From Curvularia clavata (lineage: Eukaryota), in NCBI GenBank assembly GCA_023920165.1, contig CP089274.1, forward strand, positions 3,224,001-3,288,000: 64,000 bases of DNA. Reading direction: 5' to 3'. Shown here piece by piece: positions 51,904 to 63,218 of the stretch. Below the pieces are notes generated by a model. The model was given only the letters and a program-made list of their open reading frames with translations, searched no databases and was not told the DNA's origin. The number at the start of each line of letters is the position of its first letter. Position 1 is the first letter of the stretch. The position numbers were made by a program, and so were the translations under genes.

Positions 51904-53400
51904 ATGAGTCTGCGCGAGCGAGTCCCGCCGCAGTACCAGAATGGCGAGCCCGCCAGGCGCGCCCTGGACGACGACTCGGACGTCGAGGAGGAGGCCATGG
52001 CCAACGACTACCGCGAGCAGGTCCAGTACGACGGCATGGAGGATCTCGACCGCATGCCCTCGATGACGAGCAACCAGGACATTCACGCCCAGCTGCAGGC
52101 CGCCGCCACGCCCCTCGAGTTCCAGGCCACGCTCGAGACCAAGTTTGCTAGCTACGACAGCTACTGCAACCTGTTCCACTACATCCTCAACTCCGAGGGC
52201 CCCGTCGATCTCGAAGTGCCAAACTACTACTGGGCATGGGACGTCATCGACGAGTTCATCTACCAGTTCAACAGCTTCTGCAGCTACCGCCAGCGCGTTG
52301 CCCAGAAGAGTGACAACGAGGAGGAGATTGCGCTCTTGCGCGAGAACCCAAACACATGGGGCTGCTACAGCGTCCTGAACGTCCTCTACTCGCTCATCCA
52401 GCGCTCCCAGATCAGCGAGCAGTTGGCTGCCATGAAGCGCGGCGAGGACGCCAGCCTGTATGCTGGCGAGTATGGCAACCGTCCGCTGTACAAGATGCTG
52501 GGTTACTTCTCCATCATCGGTCTCCTGCGCGTCCACTGTCTGCTCGGAGACTTCAGCCTGGCGCTCAAGACGCTCGACGATATTGAGCTCAACAAGAAGG
52601 CCATGTTCGCCCGTGTTATGGCCGCGCACTTCACCACCTACTACTACGTCGGATTCTCGTACATGATGATGCGACGCTACTCGGACGCCATCCGCATGTT
52701 CAGCCACATCCTCGTCTACGTCTCGCGGACCAAGAACTTCCAGAAGAACGCCCAGTACGACTCCATCACCAAGAAGAACGACCAGATGTACGCACTCGTT
52801 GCCATTTGCGTCGCTTTCCAGCCCACCAGGCTCGACGACACCATCCACACTGCCCTTCGGGAGAAGTACGGCGAGCAGTTTAACAGGCTGCAGCGCGGTG
52901 GTCCCGATTCGCTTCCTCTGTTCGAAGAGCTCTTCCGCAGCGCCTGCCCCAAGTTCATCAGCCCCACCCCTCCCGACTTTGACAACCCAGAGGTCAACAT
53001 TGACCCCGTCGAGCACCACCTTCGCATCTTCATGGACGAGGTCAAGAACAACATGATGTCGCCCACCGTCAAGAGCTACCTCAAGCTCTACACCACCATG
53101 GATCTTAAGAAGCTCGCTGGTTTCTTGGAGGTTGAGCCGGAGAAGCTGAGGTGCTGGCTCCTCGTCAACAAGCAGAGGAGCAGGCAAATAAGATGGGCCG
53201 AGGGCGGTCTGCTGGACGGCGACATCATCCAGGCCAGCGACCTCGACTACGCCATGGAGGGTGTAAGTAGAAAATCATTCGCAAAATCAACGGAACGAGT
53301 TGCTGACAAAAACCAACAGGATCTCATCCATGTCTCCGAGGCAAAGGTCGGCAGGAGGCTCGTAGACTGGTACCTCCGCAACCTGGCGAGGACGTACTAG
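51904..53400 (+). CDS. EIF3L: Eukaryotic translation initiation factor 3 subunit L; intron 53263-53319
   Basis: WAWDVIDEFIYQF, LGYFSIIGLLRVHCLLGDF, YYYVGFSYMMMRRY, ACPKFI, SYLKLYTT; strong codon bias. Confidence 0.93.
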   Translation: MSLRERVPPQYQNGEPARRALDDDSDVEEEAMANDYREQVQYDGMEDLDRMPSMTSNQDIHAQLQAAATPLEFQATLETKFASYDSYCNLFHYILNSEGPVDLEVPNYYWAWDVIDEFIYQFNSFCSYRQRVAQKSDNEEEIALLRENPNTWGCYSVLNVLYSLIQRSQISEQLAAMKRGEDASLYAGEYGNRPLYKMLGYFSIIGLLRVHCLLGDFSLALKTLDDIELNKKAMFARVMAAHFTTYYYVGFSYMMMRRYSDAIRMFSHILVYVSRTKNFQKNAQYDSITKKNDQMYALVAICVAFQPTRLDDTIHTALREKYGEQFNRLQRGGPDSLPLFEELFRSACPKFISPTPPDFDNPEVNIDPVEHHLRIFMDEVKNNMMSPTVKSYLKLYTTMDLKKLAGFLEVEPEKLRCWLLVNKQRSRQIRWAEGGLLDGDIIQASDLDYAMEGVSRKSFAKSTERVADKNQQDLIHVSEAKVGRRLVDWYLRNLARTY

Positions 53401-54314
53401 GGTGGCACACGAGAGATTTTAGACATGAATTATTCACATTCGGAACCTATTCACATAGAGCATTGCGACTAGGAGTTGGAGGGTTTCACGGCGTGCAACA
53501 TTTGACAAAAGCAGAGGGGTTTATTTTGCGAGACGCGAAACATGCTCTGGCAACGGGGAGACGGGAATAGGCCCACGGTCGTCGGAAGCCTGTGGGTGGA
53601 TGGAATGACGCTGCCCGCCGCGTGCGAGGGTCGGGCCGAAGGAAGGAAATGACTACCTCTACATCGTAGTAGGCGGCAGGCGAGCCATGAAACATGATGA
53701 ATACCAAACCATTTTTGATAATTTCCAATATCGAGCATCTGGCACGCTCTGGTGTGAAATTATGCGGGTTCTTGATTGGTGAATTGCTACAGCAACATCA
53801 ATTGCCAAAACAATCAAAGTTCCTCGATGGCTTATAGCAGGGGGATGCGTGCTAGCGCACTGGGTAAACAGCATTTCATCTGAGCAGTCATCACTTCTAC
53901 TCGACCAACCTCAGCCAAACAAGATCGACAAGCAGACACTGCTTCAAACACAGACGTGCTAGCACCAAGCACGTCCGCAATACCATGGCCACCAAGTGAA
54001 GGTGCCCCCGCCTGTCTCGGCATCTCACGCCGCTGATGCCCTTTTTATCGTTCGATGTACCCAGATAGCAACGACGCCCTCGTCATCGACATCACCCGTT
54101 GTGCACACCGACTCGACACCAGCTCCCTTTTATGATTCATCCTTTGTTATCTTGAGTGCTACTTGCATCCCTATCTCCCCTGCTCGTGGTTACGGCGGGG
54201 TAAACTAAACAACACCTTTCTCCTTCCCTCTCTCTCTCTTCACGCAGGCGCACAGCACCTCGTGACCAAGCAAACACACCGAGACGCGCGCGTTTGAGCT
54301 TACGTTTGTCCACA

Positions 54315-55160
54315 ATGGCTCCAGAGTCTACCACCGTGCCTGGGTCCTCTGCCACAAGCAATCCTTCAACCACACAGCCAGCGTCGGGCTCGCTGTCCCG
54401 CCAAACGTCAACACCAGCTTCTAGGCGAGCTTCCCAGATATCCCCCATGGGTCCTCCACCTGTGCCTCTTGCGTCACCTGGGGGCACTGTTCCACCCTCT
54501 GCGCAAGCGGCTGCACATGCCTGGACCACTTTTCCACCCCTCAGCCCGGGTTCCAGCGGATACATTCACACGAGCGTCGAGTCTTCGGGCGTACCTATAC
54601 GGCATCCCCGCCCCATGACAGCGGCAGAAATGCACCTAGAGCTAGAAAAGGAACAAGAAGCAGTCGTCAACCGGCTCACACGCGAGCTGTCTGCGCTGCG
54701 CGCTCACTCCGCATCCGTCGCCTCGACCGCTTCCATGTCCAGCGCAGCCGACTCGTCCGTAGCCCATGTCGAGGGTTTAACCGGCCCAATGCATCCGACT
54801 TCCTCCCGGCGCCACCGCAGCTCCTCGAGCGTCTCGCGCAATGCAAGTCATGTCCCGCATCGGTATTCTATGTCGTCTCAGACAGCAGCTACTAGCGACC
54901 CTACTCAGCAGCGCGACCACCGCAGCTCGAGTGTACTAAGCACCCCGCGTTACGAAGAGGTAGCGCAGCATAGGGCCGAGCTCGAAGAAGTGAAGAAAGA
55001 GAATGAGGCGTTGAAGCAGCGCATTAGAGATCTGGAACGAATGATTAAAGAGGGGGCCGGGGGTGAGGATAAGCAGAGGGGTAGGAGTGGTGCGCCGAAT
55101 GGTGAGAGGACTGGGGGTGGAGACGCGGATGTGGCTGCGTCTGAAGAGAGTAGGGGTTAG
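54315..55160 (+). CDS. Conserved fungal low-complexity/coiled-coil protein
   Basis: S/P-rich ORF with LEKEQEAVVNRLTRELS and C-terminal heptads ELEEVKKENEALKQRIRDLE. Confidence 0.65.
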   Translation: MAPESTTVPGSSATSNPSTTQPASGSLSRQTSTPASRRASQISPMGPPPVPLASPGGTVPPSAQAAAHAWTTFPPLSPGSSGYIHTSVESSGVPIRHPRPMTAAEMHLELEKEQEAVVNRLTRELSALRAHSASVASTASMSSAADSSVAHVEGLTGPMHPTSSRRHRSSSSVSRNASHVPHRYSMSSQTAATSDPTQQRDHRSSSVLSTPRYEEVAQHRAELEEVKKENEALKQRIRDLERMIKEGAGGEDKQRGRSGAPNGERTGGGDADVAASEESRG

Positions 55161-55477
55161 ATTGTTGGGTCTGTGGAGTTTGGTCGCGGCGATCACTTTG
55201 ACGTACTTTGGAATATGCACGAGAGGGCCAGCGGATGCACGAAGGAAACGCCGGTTTTTTTTTTATCTTTTTTTTTGGAGGCTATCGTTCATATATCATA
55301 TGCAACGGGCGTTTAGTAGCACAATTAGACATAACTGTAGCTAAATTGAAGCTCCAACTTCCATATTCCCCCATTCCCTTCGTCTTACTGTGCCATACGA
55401 CGGCAGGCCCATGCAGAATAAACCATCCCTCTCTCATAAGCCCATCCCTCATCCACCGCCCACAAAACACTTCCCCC

Positions 55478-56313
55478 TTACATCTTCAAATCCACCTCTG
55501 CCACCCAATATTCCGCGTCCAACACTTCCCTTGCCAACTCCCTGGCCCGCCTCTCCATTCCCTTCTCATCCGTCTCAACCTCCATCCTCTCCACGCCCCC
55601 AAGACACTCAAACTTCCCCTTCCACACATCCGTCCAACGACTCGCACCAGCCCACGCATTGCCAGCTGTAGCACGCAAGTACCAGCGGCCATCGTATCCA
55701 ATTAGGTAGCCCGCGACGTGCGAGAAGTAGAGGCGTTTCGGAGACGTATGTGGGGTATATGTGCCGATCTGTTGAAGACATCAGTTCGGTGAATGCTTTC
55801 TTTGAAGGGGTAGGAAGAGAGAAACAAGGGAAAACATACTAGTACCTCTATGCCCTTGCGCCAAACAACCAGCTGCCTTTTCATACCACTTCTTTTCTTT
55901 TCTCCGAATATGGCTTTGAATATGGGGACGGTCGGGTCGAGGAAGGAAGGGAGGAGGCTAGGAGAAGAGTGGTAGAGGGTTGTGGCGATGGCGTCTTGCA
56001 GGTTCACTTCGAGAATGGCGATTTTGGAGAGGGTTGGGAGAGAGAGAATGTGCGCATGGGATGAAGGATTGCTGGGAGGAAGGCCCGGGAAGGCAGTGGT
56101 GTAGATGCTGCTGTCCTTGGTGGTAGGGTCGCACTCGGTTGGAGATGTCGAGGTGCTGCTGTTGACTGAGTCACTTTTGGTTGGAGAGGGCGGAGGGCTG
56201 CCATCGATGGAGCTGCTCTCAGCTGGAGAAGCCGGCATAATGCTGGTTGTAGAAGATGGAGCTGCGTTGGGGGGTTTCGGGTCTGGCAAAGTGGTGGTTT
56301 TGGAGGTTGGCAT
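55478..56313 (-). CDS. Hypothetical protein A (254 aa), paralogue of neighbouring gene B; intron 55769-55839
   Basis: GTATGT donor and CAACAG acceptor splice in phase 0; shared motifs with gene B. Confidence 0.7.
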
Positions 56314-56866
56314 TTTGAATGTGTTCGAATAGAGTTTTGAGAGAAACGAAATTGAAGAGTTGAAGTTGAAGGTTTTTAGTTCTGAGCTTACAATTTAGAT
56401 TCTAGTATTTTGGAGCTTGTAGGCGGCGCTGCGTGATATAGGAGCACAACAGTAGTGGGTGTGAGTTGGTGAGCAATGAGGGGGATGAGAAGTGAGCTGA
56501 GACGTGCGAGATGCTGATGAGGAATGAGACAGCCAATATCAAAGGATAACAAGCTGTATATAATGTGTTGCGATGATATGCGCTGTTGACTATTCGATTA
56601 GCACTGGTGTTGGGATTGGGGAGAGCGGAGCGGAGATGTATCGCATATCATGAGGATGTGATCTGGGTAGGTCTACCACTTCATGTCTAGAGCGAACACT
56701 CTATACCTATCATTCTCAAACGAATACACAAAGACATGAGACAGAGACCCGATTTTCGCATGTGGAATGAATTCAACAACGGCTGTATGAATGACTACTC
56801 AAACTCTACATCCCGTTCCTTCCACTTCTTACATTCTTTCCGATCGATTACACAATCTCCAATCAT

Positions 56867-57542
56867 CTATTCAATGACAAGGCCCGTAGTGAAAAGCCCC
56901 CGACTCCACATGCGCTGCTCTAGAATCGTCTCTGTTAGCGACGCGCTAAACGACTCAGACCATCCGTACTCGTCCTTGGGGATGATCCCAGAAGGCAAAA
57001 AGATACTGCGCTCAGATTCGCGCTCAGGAGTCGTCTCCCAAATATCTTTCCATGTACGTTCAGAGGACTCATTTACTGAAGCGTATGGGACATTCCAGGC
57101 GCCGTCATCATTAACCTCCAGGTGAAGGACAATGTTATGTACAACCTTTCTAAGTGAAACTGGGCTGAGATCTTCTTCTACTCCTAACTGAATGATTGTT
57201 AGTGATTGAATTTGTATTTTATTTTTGGAAAGAAACTGTAGAAAGGCTTACAATGACCTTTCTACCTCTCTTCCAAATGACTAGCTGACCGCTGGGAGCA
57301 GACCATAGCGACCAACGATCTTTGCGTCTCTTCGTTTGTACAAGCCGGAAATCCTTGACGTTTGGGTCTAAGAACGTGGGTAGCTCATTGGGACAGACAT
57401 TGAACAGCACGGTGACGATTGCATCCTGAATGCGTGCCGTCGATCTGCCTTTGAACCTTTGATCGATAATGTGTGCGTGGTCTTTGGGGGCTGAGGCAGG
57501 CAGGTTTATAACCATGTCGAGAAATGCGACCCTTTCCGCCAT
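56867..57542 (-). CDS. Hypothetical protein B (~203 aa), paralogue of gene A; intron 57188-57251; start uncertain
   Basis: GTAAGC donor, CTAAC branch, TTCAG acceptor; 107-codon second exon LGVEEDL...GLVIE*. Confidence 0.7.
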
Positions 57543-57774
57543 AGTCACGGCAAGAATGCTGGTGGAGAGAATAGGAAAACCGGTACTGCTCTACAGGTCA
57601 GCCACTTTGCTTAAATGTTTGAAGGAAGGGGTGTTTGCTCCCAGAGACAAGTGCTCAAAGTGTGTTAACTCCCTAGCAAACCCTAAGAGTTTGATATGGG
57701 CAAAACATATTGTAAGCCACCGTACTTTCCCGAATAATCCCGAATCTCTATATAACTTGCGAAATCTAAAAATC

Positions 57775-59080
57775 TCAGTATCTGTCCTTCGACCACTGTA
57801 TCCTCTCCACCTCTTTCGCAGTCACATAGACGTCGCTGGGTGCCGCATCGTCACTTGGCTTTTCTGAGCCAAGCTTGTTCATCTCGTCGATCAAATCTCG
57901 CACCATGCTCTTATGCCACTTTCCAGCAGCATCCGTCCAGAAGACACGCTTGATTCCAGCGTCCGCCATGTACAGTATACACTGGTAGCATGGTCTTGAT
58001 GCCAACGCCCTCGGAACCCTTTCCTTCTTCTGGGGAGGATTTTCTTCATCCGCTGGGATTGGCGTTCTGCCACCGGGATTGGTCAGCTCGTCGTACAAGG
58101 AACGAGGTTGTGATGCCGGTGGGGGCGATGGGAATGATGAAGATGATGGCGCTGGCTCACTCTCGGTTTTTTGTTCAGGCTCCGGCTCCGGCTCTGTATC
58201 CTCGCAGCATGATTTCCAACCCAGTCTTGCTACATAAAGATCTGCCCCGTTCAATCGGGGTTCTCTAGTTCTATTCCGAACGTCACGCACAGACTGTTGG
58301 GTTTGTCCCTTGGGCGTTGTTATTGGCGCTGTTGTCGAAGGTAAGGCTCTCGAACGATTGCTAGTTGTCTTGGTCTGGGAGGCAGTTAGCGACAAGTCAT
58401 CTGCATTCACTCCAGTTCCAGTCATTGAGGTTCGGCTAAGGCTTTTGTTGCTGAGTTTGTGACGCGAGAGGTTCTTTTCATCCGCGTGGTGTTTTTGTGC
58501 ACTATGATAGTTGATGAGTGAATATTCTTTTCAATGGTGAAGGCGTAACCGGAGACTTATTCTCTACTTGAGATGAATTTGATTGGAATTGTCTTTGAAG
58601 GCCTAACTGGGGATGACTCGAGGCTGCAGCGACATAGGACTGGACCTTTTGTCGTAGTTGCAACGTCTGCTTCGGATTGCCCAATGTCTTGAACCGCGGG
58701 TTTCTAGAAGACACCGCAAGACTCTTAGAGCCAGATAGGGCAGAATCAACAGCCATCATCTCACTGTGCATTGACAGTGGCATGTCCTCGAAGCTGTCAA
58801 CCATCTTTCCAACAGGTGTAAACGTCTTGCTGCTCTGCTCTGGGTCAGAGAGCTTGTGCTTGAGCTTGCTCTTTGACGCAGTCGCCGATTGTCCATTCGA
58901 TGAGCGAACAGACAGGTGACCGGTTTTCACAGTACCTCCACCGTCAAAACCCGCTCGCCAGGCGTTGTAACCCTCTCCAATGACCTTTCCACCATGGACG
59001 ATGATAGCGCCATGTTTGTTACGAAGACGTGAATTTTCAGCCAGCGTGAGGCAATGATCGAGATATGTATCGGACTTCAT
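57775..59080 (-). CDS. Zinc-dependent cytidine/dCMP deaminase-fold protein with long low-complexity insertions; probable intron ending at 58502 (donor uncertain)
   Basis: KHGAIIVHGGKVIGEGYN, SMHSEMMA (HxE), LNGADLYVARL, SRPCYQC (PCxxC), GIKRVFWT. Confidence 0.78.
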
Positions 59081-59477
59081 TGTAGGAGACGGCGGTAAAA
59101 GAAGCAGTGTTTGAAGAATATTATGCAGAAGAGGTCGTGTATGGCTGTCCAGTCATGATAACGATGTGGCAACTCTGCTGGTGGTGTAGAATAATACGAT
59201 CAAACAAACCAATTGAAATTTTGCCCATAGCAAACGGCCACCGTATGAGTGAAATGTAGAGCCACAAGGCAATACTGGTGGCATCTTCGCAAGTCATTCG
59301 CTTCAGACACCACGCTCGCGGCAGCAATCGTTAAGCAGACATCAAGGCACACGACGGCATCGAACTGTGGTATACTGTATTTACATTTTAGACCCTAGCA
59401 TGAGGGAACATATATGCATGCTCCTAAGCGCTCTACTCACCCTATGTACACTGGCGCCACGCTAGTACTAATCAGGT

Positions 59478-60705
59478 CTACTCCTCCCAGACAATCGCAC
59501 TAAGACCGTCTTCGGACTCAGGATGGCCGGCACTCTGAATTCTCAGGTCACCAACTTTCTTGCCCAGTTTTCCAGTTGAAATGTCTCTTGCCACAATGGC
59601 GACGTTGGAAGTCGTTTGGTCGCCAATGGCTACATAGTCGCCTGCCTTGTTGATTTCAAAAGTACGGGGATAGGTTCCGTAAGATGATGTGAGATCGGTC
59701 CAAGTGAGGTCGCCAGTAGAACTAATGGTGAACTGGCTGATAGAGTCGTTGCCATTGAACTTCTTGTCGTTTCGGTTGGAAATGTAGACAAAGTTGTCCT
59801 TGACCCGGATCTCGCCCACCTTGGTACCAGTCACAGCGGTAGCGTTGCCTTGGTAAGGGTTCAAGGTCTGCTTCAAGCTCAAGGTCATGCAGCCTCCTGA
59901 GGGATATGAGACAGCCCATCCAGAGATGCTGTTGCTGAGCTCATTGGCAATAAAGAGCACCGTGCCATCGGCCGGTCGTTGCACACGAGAAGAAGCTCCA
60001 GACGGCCTCCAGAACGCACCGTGCCTGGGTCCCGTTCCAGGAACTGGCTTTCCGGCACCACACTCGGTCAGCTTACCGGAGCTTTTGTCAATCTTGTGGA
60101 TTCGGATAAGATCAGTACCGAGATCAGGAACGATCAAGAAGTCTCCAGTCGGGTCCACAAAAGCATGATGCGGGTGAGGAGCTTCCTGTCGGTAGGGATT
60201 GACGCTCTTGCCAGTGTACTTGATGGTTTGAAGTGGTGTCCCGCCGCTCAATGGCAGCTTGAAAGTTGTCAACTGTGAAGTTTGGCTGTGACAAGGTAAG
60301 CTACTGCTGGCGCATAAGGAACCGCTTAACTTACTAATGAGCATTTGCAATAAAGCCTCGTCCATCTGATCCGCCATAAAGCGTGGTTGCAACTACACCC
60401 TGTGGTGTCTGACCCTTTCCTGTCATCTGCAAGCTGCCATTGTTGCCGACCGAGTAGGACATCAAGGTTCCTCCATTCTGCCCCATAAAGACCTCGTCCG
60501 CAACGTACAAAGCCTTTCCAACATTGTCGTACGTGAGCCAACTGGGCAGGGTGTTGCCTGAAGACACCGAGCTCTTCAAGGTCAGGGAGTTTCCATCAAA
60601 GTTGAGATAGTTGAGAGTGGCGGTGGTATAGTGCGAAGCCCAAAGGTTGGCTGCACTTGCAACGCTGCCGAACAACGGTAGAAGCAGGGGGTTGGAGGAC
60701 AACAT
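59478..60705 (-). CDS. Secreted 7-bladed beta-propeller lactonase (6-phosphogluconolactonase/aldonolactonase-like); intron 60286-60334
   Basis: Signal peptide; PSWL, RQEAPHPHH, PDLGTD, GPRH, NELSN, YISNR, PRTF motifs. Confidence 0.85.
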
Positions 60706-61674
60706 GGCGAATGATGAGAGCTGGTGTACCTGTCACATACTAGGGCTGTCGCGTGATTTTGTAGGTGCCACGCATGCCCTCTCGAACCTCCGCTACTGTA
60801 TCCCAAATATCGCGCCGCATAGTGCTGTGGAATTATAAGTGGTCATGCTGAAACGTGCAGGTACGCCGTCCCGGACTAACATAGTCGCTTTCGGTCGCGT
60901 GCGTTCCTTTTCCACAGGGCCGCATTCTTCCACGGAATGCTTGTTTTTCCAAGCCGGCTAAAGACAATACATTAAATAATATATCGCAATTTGGAGCCAT
61001 GTTTCGACAGGGGTTAGATGTTTCAACCGTAAGCTGGTGCCCGGGGGATCAACATGGAGAAATTAAAACGGGTTTCTATTTCGCCTATGTCGCCTGGCTA
61101 GTAGGTCAGAGGAGAAACATATATATGCAAGATCGCTTGGCTACACTTGGCTTCACCGGTCGTCAGGAACCGCGCCACTACCGACAGGTCGCACACCTAC
61201 GTATGCCGGCAGAGAACCACGGCTATGCAACACTCAACTATGAACATGGTTTTAAAAAGATCCGTCATTGCTTAATCTTTGTGCGACCAATTACGCCAAG
61301 AATCCATCAGCCCAATAAAGTTTGTCTTTATTCCAACCGCAACAACCGGCGAGATGCTCCATGATGCTGGGTGGCATCTCGTAACGACGATTCTGTCCAG
61401 CGTAAGCATCTAGTCATGCTATACGCGATGAGATCATTCCGATGGACAGCTGGGAGAATTCACGGGTCGTGCTGTCCAAAAATGTCACAGAGTTATCTGG
61501 AGTGGAGTATGTCTCCTCTCTAGTGATTAGGACAGTACTCTACCGGGTCAATGTGGTATATGAGACGGCGTCATCAGTTTTCTTTTGTGTTATACAAGAA
61601 ACACTTAAGTCTTGGAAGGGCGTTGGCAAAACGAGCAGTTCTGCGCAGCGGTTGACATTTTCCAACCCTTCAAG

Positions 61675-63218
61675 ATGAAAATTTACTACACGTGGCTGCT
61701 GGCTTCTGCCGCGCTTCTTCCTCCTACAAGTGCACTCTCGGTGGACAAAAGAGCTGCGCTTGATGACTGTCTCGCGTCCCACAAGGTCCCTGTCTACGCC
61801 AAGAATACCGCCAACTACACCCAAGCGGTGAAGCCGTTCAACCTTCGCCTGCCTTTTACACCTGCTGCCTACGCTGTACCAACAACTATCAAAAATGTTC
61901 AGGATGCTGTGTCTTGCGGGGCTGCAAGCGGAATCCGAGTGACCCCAAAGTGTGGAGGCCACAGCTATGCCTCGTTTGGTCTCGGAGGAGAAGATGGACA
62001 TTTGGTCGTTGACATGCGCCGCTTCAACAGCGTCACAGTTGATGCGGCAGCCCATACGGCCGTCATCGGATCTGGTGGAAGACTAGGCAATATTGCGTTG
62101 GCATTGTATAGCCAAGGAAAGCAAGCCATCAGTCACGGAACGTGTCCTGGGTAAGTTGGAACTCCGAAAATGGCGACCAGAACAGCTCACTGACGTTGTT
62201 TCCTAGTGTTGGTATCTCTGGTCTCACTCTGGGTGGCGGTTATGGTCTATCCTCCCGCATGCACGGCCTGACTCTTGACCAACTCATCTCCATGACCGTT
62301 GTGCTTGCCAACAGCAGCGTAGTCACAGCCTCAGAAACCGAGAACCCGGACCTCTTCTGGGCACTTCGCGGAGGCAGTGGCTCTCTTGGTATAGTTACCG
62401 ACTTCAAGTTCAAGACCTTCACCCCATCTGAGGAGATCATCAACTTCTCGTACAACCTGCCTATCCAGAACACCACCCAGGTTGCCAGCATGCTCGCTGT
62501 CCTGCAAAATTTCACCCTCCACGACCAGCCCCGCGAGCTCAACATGCGTACCTTCTTCCCCAAGCAGCTGACCGGCGTCTACTACGGAAGCCGCGCCAAC
62601 TATGATGCTGTCATGAACCCACTCCTCGGCAAGCTCAACGTCCCCACGTCGGGCAAAGACGCCACTGTCTCGACCAAGGGTTGGATCGACACCCTCACAG
62701 CATTTGCCTTTGGGTCCCTAGCCCAACCTGAAATCTACGACAATCATGAGACCTTCTTTGCCAAATCGCTCATGACGCCCGCTCTTTCTGCCGAAGCCCA
62801 CTCTGCCATAGCAGACTACTACTTTAGCACAGCCCGCAACGTTAACAATCGTGTCTGGTATCTTCTCATTGACTTGCACGGCGGCGCTAAATCCGCAATC
62901 ACTGATGTCTCCGTTAACGCAACCGCGTACGCACATCGCGACAAGCTCTTCAAGATGCAGTTCTACGACTCCATGTTTGGCAACTTTGGCTCATACCAGT
63001 CCGAGTGGTTCAGCTTTCTGAATGGCTGGGTCAGTGCGATCCAGAAGGCAAGCCCCAAGGAGCAGTTTGGCATGTATATAAATTACGCGGACTCGAGTTT
63101 GTCGAAGGATGAGGCGCACCAGCGGTACTGGGGTCCCAATTACGAGCGGCTGCTCAAGGTAAAGACCGCGTATGATCCAAATAAGCTATTTGAGGGGCCG
63201 CAGTTGGTGGGCAGCTAA
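61675..63218 (+). CDS. Secreted FAD-linked (BBE/VAO-type) oxidase, AA7 glucooligosaccharide oxidase-like; intron 62151-62206
   Basis: Signal peptide; GGHSY (FAD-His), HGTCPGVG (FAD-Cys), DLFWALRG, TAYAHR, YINY, C-terminal BBE motif YWGPNYERLLKVKTAYDP. Confidence 0.88.

Noticed and set aside
51868..53187. 439-aa antisense ORF over eIF3L
   Set aside because: Shadow ORF caused by strong C-ending codon bias of the highly expressed sense gene; no protein motifs
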